This document shows, one piece after another, positions 19,091 to 29,110 of a DNA stretch of 64,000 nucleotides. The notes under the pieces are model-generated. The model saw only the letters and a list, made by a program, of their open reading frames with translations, did no database searches and was not told the origin of the DNA. The position numbers were made by a program, and so were the translations under genes. Where the stretch lies: positions 83,061 through 147,060 of the forward strand of contig CAZDMH010000012.1 in NCBI GenBank assembly GCA_964506755.1. Direction: 5' to 3'. Every line of letters starts with the position of its first letter. The stretch's first letter is position 1. This stretch comes from an uncultured Spirochaetales bacterium. GTDB taxonomy: Bacteria; Spirochaetota; Spirochaetia; DAHUYW01.

Positions 19091-20371
19091 ATGCGTCTCT
19101 CGACTGCGGCATTCCTGATGTTTTGCATGATTTCTGCAGTAGCGTGGGGGCAGTCGGGAGATGCGCCGCAGGCCGCCTCCGGGGTCGTGCCCGGCTCGCA
19201 GGTTACCGGAGGCGACAATGTCGTCAAGTACGCGGAATTTGCTCGTCCGCGACGGATGATCTACTACTTCCAGGCAGATCCTGAGGAGTTCAATTCCTTC
19301 GACCGCTCGGTGCTCTATCGCTCCGTGCTCATGGCCGTCGGTTCGGCCAATCCGAATGTGGTGCTGCTCGAGTCGCCCGAGTCTGAGGTGCCCGCCACCC
19401 AGCAGGGAATGGAGGAGCTCGCACGTCAGATCGATGCTGATTGCTGGCTGCGGGTATCACTCACGGGGGGAATGGCAAATGCGCGTATCGAGGTGGAAAC
19501 CTTCGACATCCTGAAGCAGCAGCGATTCGGAGCACAGGTTATCGAGCCCGGTTATCCCCTCGACTACCGGACCGTTTCGAATGGGTTCTGGGACTCCGTC
19601 ACGAACACGATACGAACCGACTACGGAGCCGTCGTCGATACCCTTCGGGTCACAGTTGAGGGTGTACCTGGAACGCGGGTCGCGGGGCTCGGATCGAAAG
19701 AGCTGGTCCTGGGGGAGGGCGGAGCCCTCGAGATTACGCTTCCCAATCCGGCTACCTACACGATCGACGCGGTCGCACCCGGATTCTATCCGGTCAAACG
19801 GACCTTCTATCTCGGCTACGACGCCCTCGTCGAGAAGCTCGACCAAGTTCGTGCGGCGCGATTCGGAGTAGACGTCGACATGAACGCCCTGCAGTTCCCC
19901 GGGGCACGATTCTGGTATTTTCCGGTTCCTGCCACGCTATACGTTCGGGGCGGCTTCACGACCTACGCCATCGGGATGTACTTCATAAACTCTACGCCGT
20001 CGATCCTCAGGGGGAACCCACTCACGCGGTTGGAAGCAGGTGCGGGTTGGTTCTTCTCCCCTCCGGGAAGGAACATACGGCTATACGCCGGAGGCGACCT
20101 CGCGCTCCGTATAGCGCATGGCGTCGGCGATTTCGGAATCGATCCATACGCACCAGTCGCCGCCGATATCACGGCCGGTATCGAGTATTCTCCAGGTGTC
20201 CACCTTCGATTCTTCGCAGAGTACAGCCCGACAGTTTACTATACACCTGATTCGGCTCAGTTCAGGCTCGTGTCGTTTCCCGGCGGAGAGGCGGTCCCGG
20301 GGTACCTTTTCTTTCAGGGGTACTCTGTGGATATCCGCAGCTTTCGGGTGGGAATCCGTTACACCTGGTAG
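19091..20371 (+). CDS. Secreted / outer-membrane beta-barrel-like protein, unknown function
   Basis: ATG at 19091 gives the signal peptide MRLSTAAFLMFCMISAVAWGQ (ORF track begins at GTG 19079). Tyr/Gly-rich amphipathic strands; C-terminus ...VGIRYTW with terminal aromatic residue, as in OMPs. Confidence 0.5.
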   Translation: MRLSTAAFLMFCMISAVAWGQSGDAPQAASGVVPGSQVTGGDNVVKYAEFARPRRMIYYFQADPEEFNSFDRSVLYRSVLMAVGSANPNVVLLESPESEVPATQQGMEELARQIDADCWLRVSLTGGMANARIEVETFDILKQQRFGAQVIEPGYPLDYRTVSNGFWDSVTNTIRTDYGAVVDTLRVTVEGVPGTRVAGLGSKELVLGEGGALEITLPNPATYTIDAVAPGFYPVKRTFYLGYDALVEKLDQVRAARFGVDVDMNALQFPGARFWYFPVPATLYVRGGFTTYAIGMYFINSTPSILRGNPLTRLEAGAGWFFSPPGRNIRLYAGGDLALRIAHGVGDFGIDPYAPVAADITAGIEYSPGVHLRFFAEYSPTVYYTPDSAQFRLVSFPGGEAVPGYLFFQGYSVDIRSFRVGIRYTW

Positions 20372-20435
20372 GGCGCGGCGAGCTTGCCCGTCCGCCGGAG
20401 CCGGCCGGGGGACGAGTACAGGCCCTCTTCAACTC

Positions 20436-22634
20436 CTATCGTAGGTACTGCCGCAGCGCGGTCAGAAAATCCTTGAAGGTTGGATCATCCGTTGTGCGGG
20501 TGATCTGCGCGTCGAGATAAGCCCGCTGTTGCTGGACATTCTGGAACCCCGAAAGCGTCCCCACCAAATCTGAGGCGTCCTGCAGGCCGGATTGTCTTCC
20601 CGCTTCCTGGAAGGCAGCATCGTAGGCCCTCAGGCGCCTGCCGAAATCGGGGAAGAGACGAGTCATCTCCGGACTTGCGAGGAAAGTCTCGAGCGCCAGC
20701 TTGCCGTCGAGTATTGCGTTCGGGCCGCCTGCCCTCAATGCGGTGTCTTCCTTCTGGGTATAGGTGCGGTAGTCGGACTGCAGAGTGGTAACCCGTTTCT
20801 CGAACTCCGTGAGGCGCGAGACCTCCGATTGCAGATCCGTGACCTCCTGCTCCCGGGTTCGAATCGTCGTATTGAGTGACGACACCCGTTCTGCATTCTG
20901 CTGCCGAAGGGCGGCCAGTTGATCCGTAGTCGTCTGCTGCAGCGTATTCTTCTGCGCGTTCAATCTCGCTATCTCGTCCGTCAGCTGCTGCTGCCGATCA
21001 AGAAGCGCCCGTTGCTGTGCGTTCGCAACCCGCTGCGTCTGCGCCACAAAAGCCGTGTCCTGCGCCGCCCTGTCGATTCCGGCCTGGCGTATTGCCGCCA
21101 ATGCTTTCGGATTCGCGTCCGATTGTCCGACGAAGGCGCTCAGGACGAAACCGAGACGGGCGAGCTCACTCGCCGTTTGTTGCCCGGCCTGCCCGACTGC
21201 CGGATCCAGACCGAGTGCCTGGCGATAGCTCGCGTAGGCTTCGTCGTAGTTGCCGTTGCGAATTGCGGTGGCCGCCTTTTCCGAGAGGGCGGCGAACTGG
21301 TCTCGCCGCTCCTGTTGATCCTTTTTGAGGGTATCGGCCGCGGTTTCAAGGGCTTTGTCCCGCGCCTCTGTAAGCAGGGTGGTATGTGCGTCGGCAATGA
21401 CCGGCATGAAAGCAAGAAGGTCCCCGTAGAGCTTGTCGGCGCGTGCGGTGTCGCCGGCGCTGCGCGCCTTGACCGCTTCGGCCGCTGTGTCTCGGAGTCT
21501 CGTCAGGAGAACGAGATCGTCTGAGAGACTGGAGATGGATTTGCTCTCCTGTTGCTGGCCCTGTACGAGCCGCTGAAGTGAGTCGAGCAGAAACAGATCC
21601 ATTTCTCGTTGTCGAGAGATCTCCGCGATCGACACGACCTTTTCGTCGGAGAGGTAGCTCTTGAGATCTCCGATCCCTTTCAGTGCCCCCTGGGCATCAT
21701 TGGATTGCAGGGCGCGCCGGATCTGCTCGAACTGGCCGAGAATCTGGTCTTGGACGATCGAGGTTTGCGCCTGACTTCGAGCGAGCTGCTGCATCCTCGA
21801 CTGAGCTGCGGCGAGGTTCTGAATCGCTTCGACACGAGCCACGTCCAGGACGCGGGTTCGCTGCTCGAGCTGGGCCTGCAGAGCGTCTTCGCGCTGGCGG
21901 TATTCAGACACGAGCTGCTCTCGTTCCTGCCGGAGAGATTGAACTCGACTCTCGTATTCGTTTTGCAGTTGTGTGAGTTGCTGCTCTACTGCCGCTCGCT
22001 CGCCTTCGAGTTGCTGCCGATACTCGGCGAGCTGTCGATCGTAGTAGGCCTTGCGCTCTGCTTCATAGGTTGCGAGCATCCGTGCCATGGCGTCACTTGC
22101 GACGCCCTGCTTGATTAGTCGTTCCCGCTCCGCCTGCAGCTCCGCCTGGATCTTCTGGCGGTACTCCTCCTCTCGTTGTCTGAGCTTTGTGTCCATACTG
22201 CTCGCGAGCTCTTGGCGTTGTTTTTCGACAGCAGCCAGTTGAGCCCTGACCGTGGCAATCTGTTGATCCTTATCGAGCAGGCGCTGCTGAGACTCCTGCT
22301 GGAGCGCGCGGATCAGCTGCCCCTCAATGGTCGCATACTCTCCCGAGCTCCCCACCATCTTCTGCTCGCTACGCTGATAGAGGAAGACGAGGAGAAGAAC
22401 GGTCACGGCAATGACGACGATGGCTATCCCGTCGACGAGCACCGGAAAGAGAAAGCCGGACCTGACGTTTTTCAAAGAGAATAGCTCAGGGGTGGTTTGG
22501 ATGCGGTTCTCGGTGGCTATTCGCTCGATATGCTCAAGTACTTCCGATTGTTCCTCTTTGGAAATACCGGCCTGCTCGAACACTTCCTGAGGATTCGTAC
22601 CCGAATCGGACATCTCGAACCTCCCTTGGAGCAC
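20436..22634 (-). CDS. Membrane-anchored Gln/Arg/Glu-rich coiled-coil protein, unknown function
   Basis: 732 aa; single TM (FLFPVLVDGIAIVVIAVTVLLLVFLY) followed by ~600 aa of heptad-like QxxLxxQ/ER-rich sequence. Confidence 0.55.
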   Translation of the reverse strand: MLQGRFEMSDSGTNPQEVFEQAGISKEEQSEVLEHIERIATENRIQTTPELFSLKNVRSGFLFPVLVDGIAIVVIAVTVLLLVFLYQRSEQKMVGSSGEYATIEGQLIRALQQESQQRLLDKDQQIATVRAQLAAVEKQRQELASSMDTKLRQREEEYRQKIQAELQAERERLIKQGVASDAMARMLATYEAERKAYYDRQLAEYRQQLEGERAAVEQQLTQLQNEYESRVQSLRQEREQLVSEYRQREDALQAQLEQRTRVLDVARVEAIQNLAAAQSRMQQLARSQAQTSIVQDQILGQFEQIRRALQSNDAQGALKGIGDLKSYLSDEKVVSIAEISRQREMDLFLLDSLQRLVQGQQQESKSISSLSDDLVLLTRLRDTAAEAVKARSAGDTARADKLYGDLLAFMPVIADAHTTLLTEARDKALETAADTLKKDQQERRDQFAALSEKAATAIRNGNYDEAYASYRQALGLDPAVGQAGQQTASELARLGFVLSAFVGQSDANPKALAAIRQAGIDRAAQDTAFVAQTQRVANAQQRALLDRQQQLTDEIARLNAQKNTLQQTTTDQLAALRQQNAERVSSLNTTIRTREQEVTDLQSEVSRLTEFEKRVTTLQSDYRTYTQKEDTALRAGGPNAILDGKLALETFLASPEMTRLFPDFGRRLRAYDAAFQEAGRQSGLQDASDLVGTLSGFQNVQQQRAYLDAQITRTTDDPTFKDFLTALRQYLR

Positions 22635-22768
22635 TACCTATCTCATATTTGTACACGCTAATGGGGTCTACGTCAAAGCATTTTTGGCGCTCAGCCGTGT
22701 CGGCCGCGATTCAGGAAAAACGGTTGCATTCAGTCGCTTGGGCGTCTATACTCACGCCAGAGGGCGGG

Positions 22769-23224
22769 ATGCAAGCAGGAGGACGGTTTCTCGGCTCCGC
22801 GTTGTTGCTTCTGATCGTCGGTGGTGGGGTCGCAACCAGTCAGAGCGCAGATCTCATGATGGCGGTAAGCGGGCAGGACTCTCTCCGAGTCGGTGAGGCC
22901 GCAGCCCTCATTGGTATTGTAGGCGGCTCTCTGCCATCTCAGGCCGAACCTGCGACTGCGGTCGACGAGCTTCGCCGTATCGGCTATGTCCTTCCTCAGA
23001 AACAGCCCGCTGCTCCAATCACGGTCGGCGAATTCTCCTTTCTGATTATCCAGCTGCTCGATCTTCCTGCCGGAATGCTCTACTCGATCTTTCCCGGGCC
23101 CCGATATGCAGTTCGCGAGCTCGTAGCGCGCGGGGTCCTTGCGGCCGGTGTTCATCCCGGGGCGACTCTTTCGGGCTCCGAGGCGCTTCGAATTCTCGGT
23201 ACGCTGTCGCGGGGAGGTGAGTAG
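22769..23224 (+). CDS. Small secreted protein, unknown function
   Basis: Internal ATG at 22769 gives MQAGGRFLGSALLLLIVGGGVATSQSAD (signal peptide); the upstream 40 codons of the listed ORF are not signal-like. Confidence 0.4.
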   Translation: MQAGGRFLGSALLLLIVGGGVATSQSADLMMAVSGQDSLRVGEAAALIGIVGGSLPSQAEPATAVDELRRIGYVLPQKQPAAPITVGEFSFLIIQLLDLPAGMLYSIFPGPRYAVRELVARGVLAAGVHPGATLSGSEALRILGTLSRGGE

Positions 23225-23228
23225 AACG

Positions 23229-24446
23229 GTGGGCAGGTCGCGGATCGTCCTCAGGGCGCTCGTGCTCCTTGCGTTTGGTCTCGTGACAAATCTATCGGCG
23301 CACGGTCAAACTGCTTGGACGTTCGACGGCGGCGGCAGCGTAAGCAGTGAGGTGGGACCGCTGCCGGGATGGAACACCGGGCGTGTCTATCTCGTCGATC
23401 GGCTCGACGGAAACCTCAATCTGAGACAGAAACTTGAGGCACTGACTCTCGACTACAACCTTTCGGGATTCTTTCGCTTCACCTCTGAACGCGAGATCAC
23501 CGGGGACCTTTCCGAGCTCAGCGCGAAGCTGAACCTTCGCGGGTTTCCCGGAAGCCGCGGCCTTTTTCGGGTCAGCCTCGGACGCATTCCGCTCACCGAG
23601 CCGTCCGGACTCGTCCTGCGGCAGCCCGGCGACGGTCTTTCGATCGGCGCGAGCGTCCCCGCTTTCAAAGCAGAGCTTACCGCGGCCTACCTCGGCTTTC
23701 TGCTGAAGAATACGAACAATGTACTCCTGAGCGCCTCCGACGTTACGGCGCTGAACGATCCGAACGTGGTGCTGGCACCGAGCCGAGCAGTTGGCCTCCT
23801 TGCGCTCACATTTCCGGAGCTGGTGCTCCGGACGGACCTCGGGCTCTGGGGAATGTACCTCCTCGGAATGGGCGGCTCCCTCCCCGCGGGCAGGTGGTAC
23901 GCCGGTCTCTCCGAACAGGGACCGATTTGGGGGCCCCTCTCGCAGCGGTCGGACCTCGTCACCGGCGCGGAGCTTGCTGCGCAGTTGTCGCTTCTGGCCC
24001 GAATTGTGCTCCGCGCCGAGTTCCCGCGCGTCGCTACCTCCCGTGCCGAGTTGGAGCTTCTCTATGCCTCCGGTGACACACCGAGTCTGTCTGCCTTCAT
24101 GCCGCTTACCGGCGATACGGCAGGGGTCATTCTCGCCACGCCGCTTCAGAACCTTTTCCGTCTCTCGCTGGGATATTCGGCCCACCCGTTCACCAACAAG
24201 GGGTTCGAGTGGCTTCAGGCAATTGCCCCATTCATCTCTTCGAGATGGTATTTCAGACAGTCTGCTACCCCGGCCGCTGCAGTGACCTACGATCCTCCGG
24301 GCAACTACTACGGGACCGAGCTCGAGAGCGGCCTTGCCTTCCGGCATGGAACAGATCCGGAGATCAGCGTATCCGGAGGGTTCTTTGCCGACGCCGCTGC
24401 AGCGTTCCATTGGTTCGCAAGGGCGTCGGTTGTTCTCAATCTATAG
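23229..24446 (+). CDS. Secreted beta-rich protein (possible outer-membrane protein), unknown function
   Basis: GTG at 23229 is preceded by GGGGAGGTGAG (SD); signal peptide VGRSRIVLRALVLLAFGLVTNLSAHGQ; Gly/Leu/Ser-rich alternating pattern; ends ...ASVVLNL. Confidence 0.5.
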   Translation: MGRSRIVLRALVLLAFGLVTNLSAHGQTAWTFDGGGSVSSEVGPLPGWNTGRVYLVDRLDGNLNLRQKLEALTLDYNLSGFFRFTSEREITGDLSELSAKLNLRGFPGSRGLFRVSLGRIPLTEPSGLVLRQPGDGLSIGASVPAFKAELTAAYLGFLLKNTNNVLLSASDVTALNDPNVVLAPSRAVGLLALTFPELVLRTDLGLWGMYLLGMGGSLPAGRWYAGLSEQGPIWGPLSQRSDLVTGAELAAQLSLLARIVLRAEFPRVATSRAELELLYASGDTPSLSAFMPLTGDTAGVILATPLQNLFRLSLGYSAHPFTNKGFEWLQAIAPFISSRWYFRQSATPAAAVTYDPPGNYYGTELESGLAFRHGTDPEISVSGGFFADAAAAFHWFARASVVLNL

Positions 24447-24459
24447 GAGGTGTCGAGCG

Positions 24460-25032
24460 ATGCGACAGGGCAAGATGGCCGTCGTGCTCATCCTTACTCT
24501 CGCGGCAGCGGTTGGCGTCGGAACCTATGCCCAATCGTCTCAGGCCTCGACCATCCGAATCTCAGTCGATTCCTCACAGGGCCGCTCCTACCAGCAGGCA
24601 GCGAGAGGTTCATGGAGCACGATATACGCAGGTCGAGAGGTTGTCACAGATCGCCCGATTGCGACGACGAAGGACGCCGTCCTCGATCTCCAGGTGGGGT
24701 CGGTGAAGCTCCGTCTCCTGGCCTTGAGCATTGCCTCCATTTCGGAGCTCGGCGGGACTACCGAAAGGCCGAGCCTTCGCGTAGCGTTGCGGGCCGGCGC
24801 CCTCGAGCTTCAGCAACCACCGACCGCAGGAACCGAGACGATAGTGCATTGCTCGTTCGGTGAGATTACGGGCGTCGGGGCGGACTTCCGGCTCGACGGG
24901 AACCGGCTCAGGGTAGAACGCGGGAGTGCTCGTGTCGTCAACTCGTCCGGAAGCCAACGGACTGTCAGAGCCGGTGAGGAGCTTCTCATAACTCCCGACG
25001 GCTTTCTTGCACAGCCGCAACGCTTTCGATAG
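24460..25032 (+). CDS. Secreted protein, unknown function (FecR-like beta-rich)
   Basis: ATG at 24460 is preceded by TAGGAGG; signal peptide MRQGKMAVVLILTLAAAVGVGTYAQS. Confidence 0.5.
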   Translation: MRQGKMAVVLILTLAAAVGVGTYAQSSQASTIRISVDSSQGRSYQQAARGSWSTIYAGREVVTDRPIATTKDAVLDLQVGSVKLRLLALSIASISELGGTTERPSLRVALRAGALELQQPPTAGTETIVHCSFGEITGVGADFRLDGNRLRVERGSARVVNSSGSQRTVRAGEELLITPDGFLAQPQRFR

Positions 25033-25408
25033 AGATCGAGCGCATCCAAGATACGCACGGCCCCCTGGAAATCGCGGTTCTTGGCGTCAGGACGCACGAG
25101 CGGTGTCCCAGGAGCTGAAGTGGCCCCTGAACCGGGCTTCATCCGTCGTGGCAATGAACGCTGTGAGACGCCACGTCCCTCCCGCATGGGGAGTCTTGCG
25201 GCCTGTGGCGTCCTGAGCTCGGTGCCATTCGCGCTCGTAGCACGGTGGGTTTGCTCTCAAGACCAGACCACTCGTTTCTACGGGAGTCGACTGCAGCCCG
25301 ATACCGCCCGCAGACTTCAGAGTCAAACTGTCATCGACGAATGGGAATCTGCCGACTTCGATTTTGCCTCTTGCCTCTGAGTTTGTATATTGGGGGGGAG
25401 GGGGAGGC

Positions 25409-28400
25409 ATGTTTAGTTTTCTCGGATTCCTTTTCGTGCTCGTCGGAGTGGTGCCGTTTATCGTCGTTCTCGTTCGGCGAAATCGTTATTCGCGCTCACA
25501 GCTTCTCCGAAAGCTGGGGCTGAGCGGAATGGTTTTTGCCGCCGACATCGCGATTCTCATTGCATTGAATGTCTTCATGCACTTCTACACACAGCTCGCG
25601 TGGTTTCAGGGGCTCGGCTACGCCGAACGGTACTGGACCGTCTTCCTCACCAAGATTCTGCTCTACGGCATAGGTGCAGGCGTCTTCTTTGCTTTCCTCT
25701 ACGCAAATCTTGTTTCGGCATGGTCACTTACGGCGCCTCACGGTCTGAGACGTGCCGCGCTTCCGCTGTCGATCATTGTTTCACTTCTGATGGCCTTCTT
25801 CACCAGCTCGATGTGGCGCGGCTATCTCCTATTCGCGAATCAGGCTCCCTCTCGTGCCCACGACCCCATCTTTGGGGCGCCGATCGGGCTCTACCTGTTC
25901 ACGATACCGTTTGTCTCCGAGCTGATTCCGTGGCTCGTTTTCATGGTGCTCATTACGATGGCGTTCGTGTCGATCCCGGCGTTTCTCCAACGGCGCAGTC
26001 GGACCGCGACGACGATCGGGGGAGGAGTGGGCGGGCTCGATCCCCTCAATCTGCTTTATCGCCGCTTGATGTTTCTCGCTGGATTTCTCGCGCTCCTGAT
26101 CTCGGTAAGCATGGTGTTGAGCCTCTTCCGCCTGGTCGAATCGCAGGCCGGAGTCGTCAAAGGTGCCGGTTTCACCGACGTGCACTACCGCGTGCCCGGC
26201 CTGATCATCACGATCGTGCTCTACATGCTGCTCGCCGTGTCGCTCTGGGTAGGCTCCGGGTCCCCCGCAATTCGTCGATTAGTGCTCGGCATTCGAGAGG
26301 TGTCGCCCGACAGCATTTCTCCCTTCACCCCGAAGACAGGATTCATAGCAATTGGATTCTTCGGGCTTCTTCTCGTCGTCAACGTCATCGTGCCGGCTCT
26401 CGTTTCTTCGTTCTTCGTCAAACCGAACGAGATAACGCTCGAGGCACCCTACCTGAAGGACAACATCACCTTCACTCAGCGTGCCTACGGAATCGACTCG
26501 TCGAATATTCAGGAACGCCAGTTTGCAGCGGTCAACCCGACTCTGAACAGCGCGGTCGCAGCGGACAATCAGGATACCCTCGACAACGTACGTCTGTGGG
26601 ACCCGCGTGCGCTACTCGACAATCTCAAGCAGCAGCAAGAAATTCGTCTCTACTACGACTTTCCGTCTGTGAGCGTGGATCGATATAGAATCGACGGCAA
26701 GGAGCGCCAGATGATGATTGCCGTACGGGAGATTGACCTGGGCAACCTGGCACCAAGCTCGCGAACCTGGGTAAGCACTCGATTGAAGTACACTCACGGA
26801 TATGGGGCCGTTCTCCTACCGGCGCACAAGTTCATCAACGAGGGACAGCCGGATCTGCTGATCAGGAACATACCCCCCGTCAGCTCTCCGAATACTCCGA
26901 GGATCACCCAGCCGGCCGTCTACTACGGCCAGATGACGCGGACACCGGCATACGTGGACACTACTCAGAAGGAGTTCGACTATCCCAAGGGAGACTCCAA
27001 CGTCTACAGCTCATATGCGGGCGATGGTGGCGTGGTGATCAATTCGTTCTTCAAGCGATTTCTCTACGCCTGGCGATTCGACGACGTGCAACTTCTGTTC
27101 TCCGGTTACATCACGCCGAAGACGAGAATACTCTTCCAGCGACAGATCGTGGAACGGGCGTCAACCGTGGCTCCGTTTCTCGAGTTCGATGGCAAACCCT
27201 ATCCCGTCATCACGCAGAAGGGACACTTAGCTTATATACTCGATGCCTATACGACCTCAGGGCACTATCCGTACTCTCAGGTGTACGACGGCACGAACCG
27301 CCGATACACAGGGATCAATTACATCCGTAATTCCGTGAAGGCGGTCGTCGACGCATACAACGGGACCGTGACGTTCTATGTCATGAAACCGAACGACATC
27401 ATGATAAGGACCTATGAGCGCATGTTCCCCGGCATGTTCAAACCGTTCGGCGAAATGCCTGCCGATCTTACCCATCATATCCGCTATCCGGAGGATCTCC
27501 TCGGTATCCAGGCCGAGATGTTGCGCGTCTACCATATGAACAACGTGCAGTCCTTCTATCAGCGAGAGGATGTCTGGCAGTTCGCGACGGAACGATATCG
27601 CCAGGGATTCCAGCCAGTCGAGCCCTACTACGTACTGATGCAGTTCCCGGGCCAGGACACACTTCGCTATGTTCTCATGCTGCCGTTCACACCGAAAAAC
27701 AAGAACGTCATCACCGCCTGGATCGCCGGACGCAGTGATCTGGCGAACTACGGCAAGCTTACAGTCTTCACATTCCCGAAGGGAGAAGAGATAATCGGGC
27801 CCAAACAGATCGAGGCTCGAGTCGATCAGAACACGGAGATGTCGCGCGCCATGACCCTCTGGGGACAGCATGGATCGGAGGTCATCCGGGGAAATCTGCT
27901 CGCCATCCCCATGTTCACCAAGCAGAAGCTGCATCTGATGTACGTCGAGCCGATCTTCCTTCAGGCGCAGGACGCGAAGCTTCCCGAAATCAAACGAGTG
28001 GTAGTCGCAGATCCGAACCGAGTCGTTTGGGCGAAAACCTTTGCCGAGGCGGTGAGCCTATTGACGAAGGGGGTTTCGCTATCCGGGGGTACGGCAGCAG
28101 TCGTGACCTCGACCACAATGCCGCAGAACGGAGCGAACGCCAACGGTTCCCCCGGCAGCAGGGAAGTGGGTCCCGAAGCGCCAGGCTCCCCAGGCTCTGC
28201 AATCGGGCAGGCCGCATCGGTCGGCGCTCGGGCGACTGTGGGCTCGGCATCGGCGGTTGCTTCCGCTGCTTCCGCCGAAGAGTTCAGGAAGGCGCTCGAC
28301 TACCTGCAGCAATATCGAAAGCTGAGCGGCGAGGGCAACTTCTCGCAAGCCGGGGATCAGCTCGGCCGGCTCGAGCAACTTCTTCGTCAGAACGCCGGGA

Positions 28401-28459
28401 CCTCCAACGGGAAGACCGCAGGCTCCTCCGGGAGCGTCGGCGGCTCCAGCGGCGGATGA
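25409..28459 (+). CDS. UPF0182-family-like large polytopic membrane protein
   Basis: ATG at 25409 after GGGGGAGG. About 7 N-terminal TM helices (res 1-300), then a ~650-aa soluble domain (LWDPRALLDNLKQQQEIRLYYDF...KYTHGYGAVLLPA) and a Gly/Ser/Ala-rich low-complexity tail. Architecture and size match UPF0182; the family call is from memory, not a search. Confidence 0.5.
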   Translation: MFSFLGFLFVLVGVVPFIVVLVRRNRYSRSQLLRKLGLSGMVFAADIAILIALNVFMHFYTQLAWFQGLGYAERYWTVFLTKILLYGIGAGVFFAFLYANLVSAWSLTAPHGLRRAALPLSIIVSLLMAFFTSSMWRGYLLFANQAPSRAHDPIFGAPIGLYLFTIPFVSELIPWLVFMVLITMAFVSIPAFLQRRSRTATTIGGGVGGLDPLNLLYRRLMFLAGFLALLISVSMVLSLFRLVESQAGVVKGAGFTDVHYRVPGLIITIVLYMLLAVSLWVGSGSPAIRRLVLGIREVSPDSISPFTPKTGFIAIGFFGLLLVVNVIVPALVSSFFVKPNEITLEAPYLKDNITFTQRAYGIDSSNIQERQFAAVNPTLNSAVAADNQDTLDNVRLWDPRALLDNLKQQQEIRLYYDFPSVSVDRYRIDGKERQMMIAVREIDLGNLAPSSRTWVSTRLKYTHGYGAVLLPAHKFINEGQPDLLIRNIPPVSSPNTPRITQPAVYYGQMTRTPAYVDTTQKEFDYPKGDSNVYSSYAGDGGVVINSFFKRFLYAWRFDDVQLLFSGYITPKTRILFQRQIVERASTVAPFLEFDGKPYPVITQKGHLAYILDAYTTSGHYPYSQVYDGTNRRYTGINYIRNSVKAVVDAYNGTVTFYVMKPNDIMIRTYERMFPGMFKPFGEMPADLTHHIRYPEDLLGIQAEMLRVYHMNNVQSFYQREDVWQFATERYRQGFQPVEPYYVLMQFPGQDTLRYVLMLPFTPKNKNVITAWIAGRSDLANYGKLTVFTFPKGEEIIGPKQIEARVDQNTEMSRAMTLWGQHGSEVIRGNLLAIPMFTKQKLHLMYVEPIFLQAQDAKLPEIKRVVVADPNRVVWAKTFAEAVSLLTKGVSLSGGTAAVVTSTTMPQNGANANGSPGSREVGPEAPGSPGSAIGQAASVGARATVGSASAVASAASAEEFRKALDYLQQYRKLSGEGNFSQAGDQLGRLEQLLRQNAGTSNGKTAGSSGSVGGSSGG

Positions 28460-28673
28460 TGGCCAGTGCGCCCGGCTCGGTTGGTTAGATGGTTGCGCTC
28501 CCCTCGGAGCCGATCTACAATTATGGCGGGTGGACGCGAAGGGGGAATGTAGCCGTTTGCCGAACCGCTTCGGTTCGATCCCGGATTGCTCCACGAAGCT
28601 GTCACCATCCTCCCGCAACCTCATCACGCACGTTGCTTCAGTTCGCCCACATCTACGAACTCGGAGGTATGAC

Positions 28674-29102
28674 GTGAGAGGGTGGTTCCGTGTGTGGACA
28701 ATGGCCGCAGGTCTGCTATTCGTAGCGGTATCGGCCCGGGCGGAGAATCCTTATCAGGATGAGATTGCAGTCATGACCCGAACTGTCGGTGCCTTCGACC
28801 GATCTTCGGAGCTGATCGAGAATGCCTCGACGGCGGAGGACATGACCGCGGCGCTTTCGGCCACCGCCGAGGAGCTCAACGCTGTTTTTGCCGAGATGTC
28901 CTCCGTTACGAAGGCGCACCCCGACTGGGGTCGACAGCCACCGGCGGAGGTCAAACCAACCATGGAGCTCTTCGACAAGGCGACGAACCGTCTTTTCGAT
29001 CAGGCGCTGCCGAAGGCACTTACCTTCGTAAACGACCATCAGGACAATGAGGACCTGCAGAAAGCCTTCGGGAGAGTGAACTCCGTTCTCTATCACAGAT
29101 AA
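28674..29102 (+). CDS. Small periplasmic protein, unknown function
   Basis: GTG at 28674 is 5 nt after GGAGG; signal peptide (V)RGWFRVWTMAAGLLFVAVSARAENP; helical acidic mature part. Confidence 0.45.
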   Translation: MRGWFRVWTMAAGLLFVAVSARAENPYQDEIAVMTRTVGAFDRSSELIENASTAEDMTAALSATAEELNAVFAEMSSVTKAHPDWGRQPPAEVKPTMELFDKATNRLFDQALPKALTFVNDHQDNEDLQKAFGRVNSVLYHR

Positions 29103-29110
29103 CTTTCAGC

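Noticed and set aside
23292-24410. 372-aa minus-strand ORF antisense to the secreted beta-rich protein gene
   Set aside because: Arg/Gly/Pro-rich low-complexity translation typical of antisense frames in high-GC DNA. No domain or signal. The plus-strand gene has an SD, a signal peptide and coherent composition.
25600-26688. 362-aa plus-strand ORF in an alternative frame within the UPF0182-like gene
   Set aside because: Arg-rich (about 20% R) off-frame translation, whereas the annotated frame encodes coherent TM helices.
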